Source of the DNA: Syntrophales bacterium
GTDB taxonomy: Bacteria > Desulfobacterota > Syntrophia > Syntrophales > PHBD01
DNA: 64,000 nucleotides
Direction of reading: 5' to 3'
Assembly (NCBI GenBank): GCA_963668175.1
Contig: OY764159.1
Span: 2,240,001-2,304,000, forward strand
Shown: positions 18,598-28,564 of the stretch, one piece after another
Position numbering within the stretch: the stretch's first letter is position 1
How the letters are laid out: each line of letters starts with the position of its first letter
The notes under the pieces: generated by a model
Told to the model about the DNA's origin: nothing
Databases searched by the model: none
What the model saw: only the letters and a program-made list of their open reading frames with translations
Made by a program: the position numbers and the translations under genes

Positions 18598-18985
18598 CCA
18601 GATATCGCGCCATGAATTTAATGAGGGCATCGACGTTGCCGACGACGTCGCGGATGGCGCCTTCGTCCAGGTTGTCCCAGTGAATGCCGGCGGCGACGGT
18701 CACGCGCGTGTCGAGGGCGGCGGAGAGATACTCGGACGCCTTCTTCACGACCTCGTCCTCCTTGTGGCCCACCACGCAAAGGACGGACGCCGTGGCGCTG
18801 GCCGCGGCGGGGTCCTTCAGGCTCGGCCGCGGCTGGGCCAGGGCGACGGCCCCGATATGCGGGCGCTCCCCGCCCCAGATGGCGACAAGGAGATCCCTGC
18901 CGATCCAGCGCGCGCAGGCGTCAAGGTCGTAACGGCCTTCTTCCGTCCTGAATGTGGCCCCATCCTGGGTTTTCGCTGCCTGCAC
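18587..18985 (-). CDS. lpdD: Prenylated-flavin chaperone, LpdD-like
   Basis: GGERPHIGAVALA, GHKEDE and AAGIHWD motifs; lies between ubiX and ubiD. Confidence 0.7.
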   Translation of the reverse strand: MQAAKTQDGATFRTEEGRYDLDACARWIGRDLLVAIWGGERPHIGAVALAQPRPSLKDPAAASATASVLCVVGHKEDEVVKKASEYLSAALDTRVTVAAGIHWDNLDEGAIRDVVGNVDALIKFMARYLADC

Positions 18986-19184
18986 GTTTTCGCCTCTTTA
19001 ACTTCCGGTGAAATAAGCGGCCCCTGCCGCGCAACTTTTACATTGAAAATCATGGTCAATGCAAGACTTATCTATTTACAAACGGGCGGCCGTATGATTA
19101 TGCTCTGCTCTCCAAGTCGCCCATGATTTGGTCACATCGCATACATTACTGCCAGGAATACATAGAAAAGAAAGGATTCGGATT

Positions 19185-20633
19185 ATGAAAAGGGTCACTT
19201 TGCTGCTGCTTCTCGTTCTCATGACGGCTGTCGCTGCGCCGTCGTACGGAGCCGGAAAGGCTTCCGCGGACCTTCCCGGGACGGCCGACCGCCTCGTCGA
19301 CCTGAAGGCGACCATCGATTTCCTGGACAAGACGGGGAATCTCGTGCGCGTCAAATCGGAAGTCGATCCGGTGCTTGAACTTGCCGGCATCGCCAAGAAA
19401 TACGAAGGCAAGAAATGCATCCTCTTTGAAAAGGTCAAGGGGAGCGCCTACCCGGTTTTCATGGGCCTCCTGTGGAACCGCGACACCGTCGGCGCCCTCT
19501 TCAACGTCCCCAAGGAACAGGTCCCCTTCGTGATTGCGAGCGCCATCGGCGCCTGGCGTAAGGACAAGGAGGCGCTGGCCTCGCCCGTGCTGGCGAAGGG
19601 TCCGGCCAACGAGGTCGTCGTGACGAAGAACATCAACCTCTACGAACTGCCCGCGCCCGTTCACGCCCTGAAGGACGGCGGACCCTATTTCGATTCGTCT
19701 GTGGTGGTCGTGAACGACCCGGAAACGGGGAAGCCCAATATCTCCATTCACAGGATCATGATCGCCGGCAAGGACCGCCTCACGTTCCTCATCGACCCGG
19801 GGCGGCACCTGGGCGCCTATCTCGACATCATGGAAAAGAAGGGGAAGCCCCTCCAGGTGACGATCAACAACGGCGTCGGCCTCGCCCCCTGGCTGGTGTC
19901 CTCCGTGCCCGGAACGGGCCCCGGCAAGGCGACCATCGCGAGCCGGATCATCGGCAGGCCCATCAACTTCATCAAGGCGCAGACGGTCGATGTCCCGGCG
20001 TTCGCCGATGCGCAGTTCGTCATCGAAGCGGAGATCCTCCCGAACGTGCGGGAGCCGGAAGGCCCCTTCGCGGAAGTGACGGGCTACTACGGCGCGCGCG
20101 AGAAGCGCTGGGTCATGCAGGTGAAGGCCATCACCCACCGCAAGAAGCCCGTCTTCCATTCGCTCCTTTCGGGGCAGGAGGTGTGGAACGCCGTCGGCTT
20201 CACCGCCGAGGCGAAGATCTTCGGGACGGTCAAACAGAAGGTCGCGGACCTGAAAGCCGTTTACCTGCCGCCGGGCGGCTGCGGCTTCTACGGCGCGGTC
20301 CTGCAATTATCCAAGACGAAGGAAGGCGTCCAGAACACGGCCATCGAGGAGGCGTTCAAGGCGTTCCCGTCGCTGCAATGGGTCGTCGCCGTGGACGACG
20401 ACGTGAACATCTACGACCCCATCGACGTCGAGTGGGCCGTGACGACCCGCTTCAACGCGAAGAAGGGGTTCATGATGCTCCCGGACCAGCCGGGCCATAT
20501 CCTCAACCCCATGGTGGAGGGCGGCAAGGTCACGAAGGTCGGGGTGGATGCGACGGCGCCGTTCCCGCGCACGTCCGCGTTCGAGCGCACGAAATTCAAG
20601 GACGTCGATTTGAAGAAGTACAGGATCGAATAG
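19185..20633 (+). CDS. UbiD-family prFMN-dependent (de)carboxylase with an N-terminal signal peptide
   Basis: EVDPVLE, DGGPY, NISIHR, EGPFAEVTGYY, VDDDVNI..VEWAV.TR, KVGVDAT; N-terminus MKRVTLLLLLVLMTAVAAPSYG. Confidence 0.9.
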   Translation: MKRVTLLLLLVLMTAVAAPSYGAGKASADLPGTADRLVDLKATIDFLDKTGNLVRVKSEVDPVLELAGIAKKYEGKKCILFEKVKGSAYPVFMGLLWNRDTVGALFNVPKEQVPFVIASAIGAWRKDKEALASPVLAKGPANEVVVTKNINLYELPAPVHALKDGGPYFDSSVVVVNDPETGKPNISIHRIMIAGKDRLTFLIDPGRHLGAYLDIMEKKGKPLQVTINNGVGLAPWLVSSVPGTGPGKATIASRIIGRPINFIKAQTVDVPAFADAQFVIEAEILPNVREPEGPFAEVTGYYGAREKRWVMQVKAITHRKKPVFHSLLSGQEVWNAVGFTAEAKIFGTVKQKVADLKAVYLPPGGCGFYGAVLQLSKTKEGVQNTAIEEAFKAFPSLQWVVAVDDDVNIYDPIDVEWAVTTRFNAKKGFMMLPDQPGHILNPMVEGGKVTKVGVDATAPFPRTSAFERTKFKDVDLKKYRIE

Positions 20634-20667
20634 AAAAATTATCGTGGAATCTCTTTAATGGTGCAAA

Positions 20668-20702
20668 GAAGGCGGGGCCGGCAACGGCTCCGCCTTTTTT
20701 AT
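20668..20702 (+). terminator. Intrinsic terminator after ubiD
   Basis: AAGGCGGGGCCG-GCAA-CGGCTCCGCC followed by a T-run. Confidence 0.8.
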
Positions 20703-20835
20703 TGTCTCAACTTCTTTCCCGTTCGAATATCAGGTGGATGATTCTCGCAGGCCTTCAATATTTTGATCAGGTCTTGATCGCTATCTATTTCACGTCCGGA
20801 AGGGGATATATTCATCGGTACGCTTCTTGCCCTCA

Positions 20836-21510
20836 TCACTTGTTGCCGGAGTCTGCCTTTTTCGCGGCAAGCCATCGGCGCAGCTCGCCAAGCGTGGTAA
20901 CGGGCAAATCGGGGCTGCCGACGACCGGGTGCGGCTGGGAACGACGGACCAGTTTATAGCCGCGGATATCAGCGTCCGCGGGCGGCTCAGCGGCCGGCGG
21001 CGTGAATTTCATCGTACCTTCGTGTCTGACACCCTTCGTCCCGGATGGCGCGGCCGGCCCGCCGTCGATATACGCATAGGCGAGGACGCCCGGCGATATC
21101 GGCGATATTTCTCCTTTGGCGCTGAATGCCGTAAAAGATGTCTTCTGCGTTAAGCTGCAAGGCCCGTTGGGGAAAGCGGAGGCAAGAAGAACGGCCGACA
21201 TTCCCTGGGTCATGGGAAGCATCCAGATGCTGTCGTATTGCAGCTCCGAGTCGGCGAGGCCTTTGACGAGAAGCGTTCCGCGGAGATAATAAATATCCGC
21301 AACGGTCCCGCCCGTTGTTAACGACAAATGATGTTCCTGGTTGGCAAATGCCGTCCAGACCGTTTGCATCTCCGGTGTCTTCAAGCTGTGGAAGGATGGA
21401 AAGGACCAATTGTTCGAACATGTTTCCGCATGCGAGATGGACAGAAATGTGATGAGAAATATCTGAATGAGAACAGAATGAAGAATTGTTGCTGCAATCC
21501 TGAAGATCAT
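20836..21510 (-). CDS. Hypothetical exported protein
   Basis: Signal-peptide-like N-terminus (..SISHA); GGAGG RBS; no family recognised. Confidence 0.6.
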   Translation of the reverse strand: MIFRIAATILHSVLIQIFLITFLSISHAETCSNNWSFPSFHSLKTPEMQTVWTAFANQEHHLSLTTGGTVADIYYLRGTLLVKGLADSELQYDSIWMLPMTQGMSAVLLASAFPNGPCSLTQKTSFTAFSAKGEISPISPGVLAYAYIDGGPAAPSGTKGVRHEGTMKFTPPAAEPPADADIRGYKLVRRSQPHPVVGSPDLPVTTLGELRRWLAAKKADSGNK

Positions 21511-21673
21511 GTTGCCTCCCCCCCCGATGACATCCCGGCGAACACTTGCCTCACAGGTTCTCGCGAAATAACATCTAGTTCATTTCATGACGCCTCCTGT
21601 AAAGGTCTTTCCATATGCGGGAGACGCGCAGCGAGGCTGCTATCTTCTCGTTTCTGCCGGGTGTGCGGCGACG

Positions 21674-22267
21674 CTATTTGACGTAAATCTTCTTAATGAC
21701 GACGGGGTCGACCGGTACGTCGCTCATGCCGTCCGTGAAGGTCGTCCGCACCGCCTCGATCTTGTCCACGACGTTCATGCCGTTGACCACCTTGCCGAAG
21801 ACGGTATAGCCGTAGCCCGCCTGCGTGGGGGCCGTATAGTTGAGGGGCGTGTTGTTGACCGTGTTGATGAAGAACTGGCTCGTGGCCGAGTGGGGATCGG
21901 ATGTCCTCGCCATGGCGATGGTGCCCCGCTCGTTTTTCAGGCCGTTCCCCGCTTCGTTCCGGACGGCGGGGCCCGTGTTCTTGGGCTGCATGTTGGCCGT
22001 GAAGCCGCCGCCCTGGATCATGAAGCCCCGGATGACCCGGTGGAAGATCGTGCCGTCGTAGAAGGTGTACTCGACGTAGCGCAGGAAATTCCTGACCGTG
22101 TCGGGGGCCTTCTCCGCGTTCAGCTCGACTTCGATGTTTCCCATGCTGGTCTCCATGACGACGACGGGGAACTTGGGATCGGCAGCCCGGGCGGCGCCGC
22201 CCGCAGAAAGGACGAAAAGGCAGGCGCAGAGTCCCGCCAGAATCAGTGTGCTGTACAGTTTTCGCAT
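21674..22267 (-). CDS. ppiA: Periplasmic cyclophilin-type peptidyl-prolyl isomerase
   Basis: YDGTIFHRVIRGFMIQGGG, GTIAMART..SATSQFFIN, YTVFGKV; signal peptide. Confidence 0.95.
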   Translation of the reverse strand: MRKLYSTLILAGLCACLFVLSAGGAARAADPKFPVVVMETSMGNIEVELNAEKAPDTVRNFLRYVEYTFYDGTIFHRVIRGFMIQGGGFTANMQPKNTGPAVRNEAGNGLKNERGTIAMARTSDPHSATSQFFINTVNNTPLNYTAPTQAGYGYTVFGKVVNGMNVVDKIEAVRTTFTDGMSDVPVDPVVIKKIYVK

Positions 22268-22531
22268 GGATGTTCCTCCCGGTGTTATATGTGTGAAAAT
22301 GAGCCGCTCTTTACGTGGTAGGTTTCAGTGCGATTCGGCCGCCGTAGCAAACTGAAACGTCATGAATGCCTCAGTAATAATGTACATTCATATACTATAA
22401 ATCATCGGTGTGGCAAGTCAAACTAATCGGGGTTTGGCAAACGGCGCCGCGGTTGACAAGAAAACGGCCACCTGCCCCCTGAAGGACATCGTGGCCGTAC
22501 TTCATGCTCCGGAGCGATCTTCGGCCCTTCC

Positions 22532-23695
22532 TTAAAACGAATGTTTGCATGCCCTGCCGGAGAGGAGCGACAGTTTGCCCGCGCCCAGATCGAGGCCGAA
22601 AACGACATCGGAGGAATCGGACGGTCCGCATACGGGACATTCGTTGCCTTTTACGCCGAAACAGGCGCTCTTCTGCTTCGCATCCCGGTTGCGCTGCGTG
22701 CAGATCAATTTGGCGCCCGCTTTCTGCAATTCCCTGAGCGGTTCTTCGTCCGGTATGCCGTGTTTCTGGCCGACCATGTTGACGGCATACTCAGGCCGGA
22801 CTTTGAGGACGCCCGCCGGGCTGATGCCGTTCTTGCTGCCGTGGTGGGGAATTTTCAGTACATGGGCCTCGAGGAGCTTGCCGTAGGTCTTGTCCGACGC
22901 GAGGTCGTCCCACACGTCGTTTTCGGCGTCTCCCGGGAAAAGGAATTTGAATTTGTCCGCCGGTTTACCGCTGTCCATCGGCGTCAGTGCGAACACGATG
23001 CTCTGGTTGTTGATGGACGTCTTGGCTTTTTCGGCCAGGGCTGCTATTTTCGCATGGACGGCCTGCGTCAGCTTCGATAGGTCGTCCCCTTCGTTCAACG
23101 TCGCACCTTCGGCGAAATCGCCCCCGAAGCCGAACGCCTGTTTTTCGAACAGCGAGGCCGATACCTGCTCGCGGGGAGAGAGAATGTCGATCTTGACATT
23201 CGCGAAGATTTTCGGCGGCAGGTCTTCGCGGCTCGGGTGCCTGATGTTGCCTTGGGGCACGAGCTGGGAGAGGCTTTCGAGCAGCTCCTCGTTTTGCGCG
23301 ACACTCGTCATCACGAACTGCCGGGCCTCCAGGGCCGGTCCGCCCGTCCCGCTCTGCTCGACGTCCGCCAGGTCCCGAAAGGCGCTGTCCGTCCTCGGCA
23401 TCGGCCCCCAGTAGTGGCGGACGGCAATGTGGGCCTTGCCTTTCTGTTTCAAGTCCAGCTGGCTTTTCGCAAACAGTTTCAGGCCGTTGATGTGATCCGC
23501 GTCCAGATGGGTGCAGACCAGCAGATCGATGGCATCGACCTTGTTCTTCTTCAGGTGATTCGTCAGGGCGTTGCACCCGTTCTTGCCTTCTCCGCCGTCG
23601 ACGACGATACAGGCTTGCTTTGCCTTTTCATCGAAGAGGATCACCGAACAGTCCCCGTGTTCTTCGATATCCAGGAACGAAATTTTCATTTTCAT
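22532..23695 (-). CDS. MBL-fold metallo-hydrolase (ComEC/Rec2 C-terminal-like)
   Basis: HGDC, VDGG, THLDADH, FPGDAE, KIPHHGS; no TM segments. Confidence 0.85.
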   Translation of the reverse strand: MKMKISFLDIEEHGDCSVILFDEKAKQACIVVDGGEGKNGCNALTNHLKKNKVDAIDLLVCTHLDADHINGLKLFAKSQLDLKQKGKAHIAVRHYWGPMPRTDSAFRDLADVEQSGTGGPALEARQFVMTSVAQNEELLESLSQLVPQGNIRHPSREDLPPKIFANVKIDILSPREQVSASLFEKQAFGFGGDFAEGATLNEGDDLSKLTQAVHAKIAALAEKAKTSINNQSIVFALTPMDSGKPADKFKFLFPGDAENDVWDDLASDKTYGKLLEAHVLKIPHHGSKNGISPAGVLKVRPEYAVNMVGQKHGIPDEEPLRELQKAGAKLICTQRNRDAKQKSACFGVKGNECPVCGPSDSSDVVFGLDLGAGKLSLLSGRACKHSF

Positions 23696-23719
23696 CGTCC
23701 GTCTCCTTTCCCCGGCAGC

Positions 23720-24991
23720 TTACACGGCCTGAATCATCCGCAGGACGTCCACCAGACCGGCACCCTGGAAATAACGGTCCCGCCCCAGGTCGGTGCAGCT
23801 TTTCATCATGATTTGCTTCACTTCCCTGGCGTGGCCGATGAATTCCGGCTTGACGCTTAAAAACAATGCCAGGGCGCCGGAGACGTGCGGCGTCGCCATG
23901 CTGGTTCCGGACATTTCGGCGGTTGCCGTGCTGCTTTCGTGGTAGGCGGAGACGATCTTTTCCCCGGGTGCGACCACATCCGGCTTGTATCGGCCGTCGC
24001 CGGTCGGGCCCTTGGAGGAGAAGTAGGAGATGCCGTAGGTATGGGGCTTTTTGCTGTGCACGGAGCCGACGGTGATCACCTCTTCGGCGTTGCCGGGATC
24101 GGAGATACCGATATCGAGGTACGTGTCGAAAAAGCTGACCGTGTTTTGCGGGCTGGCGGTCACGAGCTTCTTGTAGCCGTCGTTTCCCGATGCCACGCAG
24201 ACGATGACGCCGCTCAGCATCAGGCGGTTCGCTTCCTCGCATAGCGGCGTCGCGCCGCATCCGAAGCTCAGCGCTTCGACCGGGCCGCCCAGGCTCATAT
24301 TGACGCCGTGGACGACCATCTTCTTTTCTTCAAAGTTCAATTTTCTGATGTCGTACATGGCCTGTATGATATTCGACGAACTGCCCGTTCCTTGAGCGTC
24401 CAGGACGCGGTACGAATAAATGGTCGCTTTCGGGGCTATTTTGCAGATGATGCCCGCAACGTGCGTTCCGTGGCCGATTTGATCGTCATACCCGCGGCCG
24501 GTATAATCGAATTGCCGACCCTGTCTTACGTTTTCGACCAGCCACGCGTGGTCCCAGCGGACTCCCGAGTCGATCACGGCCCAGGTTACGTCTTCGCCTT
24601 CCCGGAGGAACACGCGTCTTGCCGGACCGGCCGAAATCGTCTCTCCGCTTTCATCGACGGTTACGGTCATGTTGACCGGTTTATCCAGCCATACCCTGTC
24701 GATGAACCGAATCTCGCTTCCCTCCTGATGGTCCTTTTCGATTCTGTCCGCCTGCTTTTCCGTGACCGTGGCGAAGATGTAGCAATCCGTTCCCGGCTTC
24801 TCCTTCTTCATCACTATTCTCACGTTTAATCCTTCGAGGTATTCCACAACGCTTTTCCTCTCGCTGCGCTCGTCGAAGCCGATGATGACAGGTACTTCCT
24901 CTCTCTTCGAGAACTCCCGCCAGACTTCGTCAAGGACGACACGGCTCTGAAAAAATCTGTCTTTGAACCTCGGTATCTGCTTCCCGGCCAT
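23720..24991 (-). CDS. S8 (subtilisin-like) serine peptidase, cytoplasmic
   Basis: Triad motifs VIDSG, GHGTHVAG, SGTSMA; oxyanion SGN; no signal peptide. Confidence 0.92.
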   Translation of the reverse strand: MAGKQIPRFKDRFFQSRVVLDEVWREFSKREEVPVIIGFDERSERKSVVEYLEGLNVRIVMKKEKPGTDCYIFATVTEKQADRIEKDHQEGSEIRFIDRVWLDKPVNMTVTVDESGETISAGPARRVFLREGEDVTWAVIDSGVRWDHAWLVENVRQGRQFDYTGRGYDDQIGHGTHVAGIICKIAPKATIYSYRVLDAQGTGSSSNIIQAMYDIRKLNFEEKKMVVHGVNMSLGGPVEALSFGCGATPLCEEANRLMLSGVIVCVASGNDGYKKLVTASPQNTVSFFDTYLDIGISDPGNAEEVITVGSVHSKKPHTYGISYFSSKGPTGDGRYKPDVVAPGEKIVSAYHESSTATAEMSGTSMATPHVSGALALFLSVKPEFIGHAREVKQIMMKSCTDLGRDRYFQGAGLVDVLRMIQAV

Positions 24992-25495
24992 ATTCCCCTC
25001 CTTTCCGTAAATGACTTGCGACGCATAACGCGTTTGACTTGTTGCCGACGAAACTGCCGTATCGCTTCATGTGAGCAGAAATCTTTGCAGGACGAAAAAC
25101 ACAAGGATGCTGGAACAGCGGTTGGAAAGATATACAGGAGCCGTGCGAATCGTTACAGACGATGATTCGGCGCTGCCTATGAATAAATCACAAAGGGATG
25201 GGAAATACAATAGATTTTTATCATTATATCACGATAATAATAGTAGCAAATATCCTCATATTATTGTGTCTGGCCTGCCAACCTCCACGAGGGACGAATG
25301 GTGTTTCTGTGCAACATAACACGTAATGATATTATATGGATTGATACTTATGGGCGTGGGTGTTCCGATGGACGGACTGATTGATTGAGAGAATGCATTT
25401 CAGACGGTATGCCTGCAATATCCCATGGCAGATGTCTCTTTTGCATCCCCCGCGCTCAAATCTTTTCAGGGCGGATCGACACAAAGACAGAAATG

Positions 25496-25533
25496 AAAAG
25501 GCCGCCCGCACCTTTAAAGGTATGGCGGCCTTT
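25496..25533 (-). terminator. Intrinsic terminator after the DegT gene
   Basis: AAAAGGCCGCC...GGCGGCCTTT hairpin. Confidence 0.65.
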
Positions 25534-25601
25534 GTCCGCTCTTCAGAATATCTCTATTGGATATGGTTACCGGGTGGACCCGACGTTCCCCATCGAGAAA
25601 A

Positions 25602-26780
25602 TCAGAGCGCCGCTTTCGCGCCCGCCCTGATCGCCATAACGATCTTCTCCACGGAGGCGTCGTCCATCTTGATGTTGAGGCCGAACATGACCGCGCGGCT
25701 GAGGATCGCGTCGCTTGCGGCCATCGTCGCCGGCGCGTACGAGGGCGTCTTCGTGCCGAAGTAGTCCTTCCCGCCCATGTCTTCGAGGGCCTTCCAGTGC
25801 TTCGCGTAATGCCACGTGTTGTCCGCGATGATCGCGCACTTGCTGCCGGCCATGGCCGTTGCGTCCTGAAATTTCTTCGCGGCCTCCGCGGTGGGCATGA
25901 GGAAAACGACGTGCGTCGCCGTGTCGCCCGCGGGGTCGTTCTCGGGGCGCGGCCTGATGCCCGTCGCTTTGACGGCGTCGAGGATCTTCTTCTTGGTGGC
26001 GCGCAGGAGCCCCAAAGCCATCTGCATCTTGCCCAGCGCCACGAGGCCCAGTGCGCCCTGGATCTCGCTGATGCGGTAGTTCACGCCCAGTCCGGACTTG
26101 GCGTCCGCGCCGCGGTCGTGGGCCTTGCTGTGGACGTGCCCGTGGTCGTGGTAGTATTCCATCCTGCCGTAGATCCCCTCGTCGTCGGTGAGGACGATGC
26201 CGCCCTCGCCGATCGTGAGCGTCTTGTTGGGGTCGAAGCTCCATGCGCCGCAGGTGCCGATCGCGCCGAGGCAGCGCCCCTTGTAGGTGCCGCCGACGAC
26301 TTCGCAGGCGTCCTCGATGACGGGGATGTTGTACTTTTTGCCGATGGCGGCGAAAGCGTCCATGTCCGCCGCAACGCCGAACATGTGCACGGGCATGATG
26401 GCCTTCGTCTTCGGCGTGATGAGCTTCTCGACGGAGGCGGGACTCAGGCTCAGGGTCTCGTCGATGTCGCCCAGGATCGGCACGGCGTCGCAGGCGACGA
26501 TGGCCTCGATGGACGCGATGAACGTGAACGGCGTCGTGATGACCTCGTCGCCGGGTTTGATGCCGATCCCCTTGAGCGCCACGATGAGCGCCGCCGTCCC
26601 GCTGGAGAGCGCCAGCGCGTATTTCGCGCCGGCGATCGCCTTTGCCTTGTCCTCGAATTCGTCCACGCGGTAGTGGCCCTTCCTTGCGTCGTGCGAACCG
26701 TAGCGGTGGATCATCTTCCTTTCGATCACGTCCACGACGGCCTTGATCTCTTCGCTGTCGAATATCTCCGTGCCTGCCAT
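25602..26780 (-). CDS. DegT/DnrJ/EryC1/StrS PLP-dependent aminotransferase
   Basis: SSGTAAL, FTFIAS, PVHMFG, IEDAC, SFDPNKTLTIGEGG. Confidence 0.92.
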   Translation of the reverse strand: MAGTEIFDSEEIKAVVDVIERKMIHRYGSHDARKGHYRVDEFEDKAKAIAGAKYALALSSGTAALIVALKGIGIKPGDEVITTPFTFIASIEAIVACDAVPILGDIDETLSLSPASVEKLITPKTKAIMPVHMFGVAADMDAFAAIGKKYNIPVIEDACEVVGGTYKGRCLGAIGTCGAWSFDPNKTLTIGEGGIVLTDDEGIYGRMEYYHDHGHVHSKAHDRGADAKSGLGVNYRISEIQGALGLVALGKMQMALGLLRATKKKILDAVKATGIRPRPENDPAGDTATHVVFLMPTAEAAKKFQDATAMAGSKCAIIADNTWHYAKHWKALEDMGGKDYFGTKTPSYAPATMAASDAILSRAVMFGLNIKMDDASVEKIVMAIRAGAKAAL

Positions 26781-27084
26781 GCTTTATGCCTCCTTTTAAA
26801 TACGGTGGAGGCCGCACCGGCTGGATAACCCTGTGCGGCCCCGATCATTCTTTTAACAGTCTGCCGGAGTATATCGGGATGAACCGGTCGCGTCAATGGG
26901 ATTTTGAACGGACGAAAGGCGCACCGGGTTTTATCCGCACTCGCAGATGCGAAGAGTATGATTCTCCGGATTCTTCCCCGCAAGTTTAGGATTAGCAGAT
27001 TTTTGTTGACACGGGTGTGTTTGTCATGTAAAAATTGACAAAAATAACATAATAAAAAATAATGTAAGGGAATGATTGACAGCC

Positions 27085-27555
27085 ATGGAGCGACAGATAC
27101 CGAAGGACATGCAGCAGTGCTGGGATGACGGCACAAGACATCCGGACCCGCTCAAGGCGCTTGATGCGACGAAGCAGTTCTGGCCGCTCTGGGCGCAGTG
27201 GCAGGCGTCCCTCGCCCGCGAGGCGATGGCCGGCGGCGCGACATGGGATGACATCGGCCGTGCCATGGGCACCAGCCGGCAGGCCGCCTGGGGCAAGTTC
27301 AAGGCTGCCGTGGAGGGAGACAAGGAGCTTGAGATGGAAAAGGAAAGCGAACGTAAAATCAAGGAGACGATCAGGGAGATACAGGCGAGGGGACACGAAC
27401 GCGACAGGGCGCTGGCGGCCGACCGGAAGCATCTGCGCGACGACCTGCGGGCATTGGACAGGAAGAGGGCGCAGGAAAGGAAGGAGCTGAAACAGCAGAT
27501 TGACGAACTTCGCGGACGCCTGGCCCAAGGGCGATCCCGGCATCGCAACGTATAG
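27085..27555 (+). CDS. HTH-containing protein with C-terminal coiled coil
   Basis: GATWDDIGRAMGTSRQAAWGKF is HTH-like; charged coiled-coil tail. Confidence 0.7.
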   Translation: MERQIPKDMQQCWDDGTRHPDPLKALDATKQFWPLWAQWQASLAREAMAGGATWDDIGRAMGTSRQAAWGKFKAAVEGDKELEMEKESERKIKETIREIQARGHERDRALAADRKHLRDDLRALDRKRAQERKELKQQIDELRGRLAQGRSRHRNV

Positions 27556-27684
27556 CTTCTCCTACTTTCCCGCGATGGCCGGCGATGACAGCGGATGCCG
27601 TAAGGCGGCAAGCGGCGGGACCGTCCGCCCGCGCGTGTCCGCAAAATGCCGTACGATCGGACGGCGCACAGGCCCGCTTTGCCC

Positions 27685-28560
27685 CTATTCGCCGGGGTCG
27701 TAGGCCCTTTCGGGAATCGCGGGAAGAGGCCCCTTGCCTTTCAACTCCTTCTCGATGAACCAGTCGATGAGCTTCCGGGCGATGCTGACCTTGCCGGGGA
27801 CCGGCGGCAGGTCGTCCGGCGCGAACCAGCCGGCGTCGACGATCTCCTCCGGGTCCTCCCTGATCTCTCCGCCCGCATACTCGGCGGTGAAGCCGATCAT
27901 GAGGGAGTCGGGATACGGCCAGGGCTGGCTCCCGAAATAGCGGATGTTTTTGACCCTGATGCCGACCTCCTCCCCGATCTCGCGGTGGACCGTGTCTTCC
28001 AGCGATTCGCCCGGCTCCACGAAACCGGCGAGCACGCTGTAGAAGGGCAGGGCGAAACGCCGCCCGCGGGCGAGGAGCATCTTGCCGTCTCTCTCCACAA
28101 GGACGATCACGGCTGGCGATATCTTGGGGAAGGCCGTAAGTCCGCAGCCGGGGCATTGCAGCGCGTTCAGTTCCGCGCCGGGGGCCGTCTCGTGTCCGCA
28201 GCGGCCGCAGTAGCGGGCCGTCCCTTCCCAGGCGGTGAGGTGCATGGTCCTGACGGCGACGGCGTGAAGCGCCTCCGGCAGGCGGCCGAACAGGTAGCGC
28301 AGGCCGTAGAGGCCCATGCCGGGCGGGACGGGGGCGTCCTTTGCGATTTCGGCGCGGAAGCAGTGGCGGCCGTCGAGGATGCCCAGGTATTTCTCGCGAA
28401 TGGGCGTAAGCCCCAGCGACGCCGGATCGTCCACGAAGGGGACGGAGAACGATGTGCCGTTGGGTGCGGCGAGAAGTTTTCCCGCCGAGAAGATGAACCA
28501 CCAGGCCGGTTCGGCCTTCGCCTGCGGCAGCGCGCCTGTGGGAATAATCAATCGGTCCAT
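27685..28560 (-). CDS. nudC: NADH pyrophosphatase NudC
   Basis: Zn ribbon CGRCG..CPGC; Nudix box GFVEPGESLEDTVHREIGEEVG; SQPWPYP. Confidence 0.93.
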   Translation of the reverse strand: MDRLIIPTGALPQAKAEPAWWFIFSAGKLLAAPNGTSFSVPFVDDPASLGLTPIREKYLGILDGRHCFRAEIAKDAPVPPGMGLYGLRYLFGRLPEALHAVAVRTMHLTAWEGTARYCGRCGHETAPGAELNALQCPGCGLTAFPKISPAVIVLVERDGKMLLARGRRFALPFYSVLAGFVEPGESLEDTVHREIGEEVGIRVKNIRYFGSQPWPYPDSLMIGFTAEYAGGEIREDPEEIVDAGWFAPDDLPPVPGKVSIARKLIDWFIEKELKGKGPLPAIPERAYDPGE

Positions 28561-28564
28561 GGGC

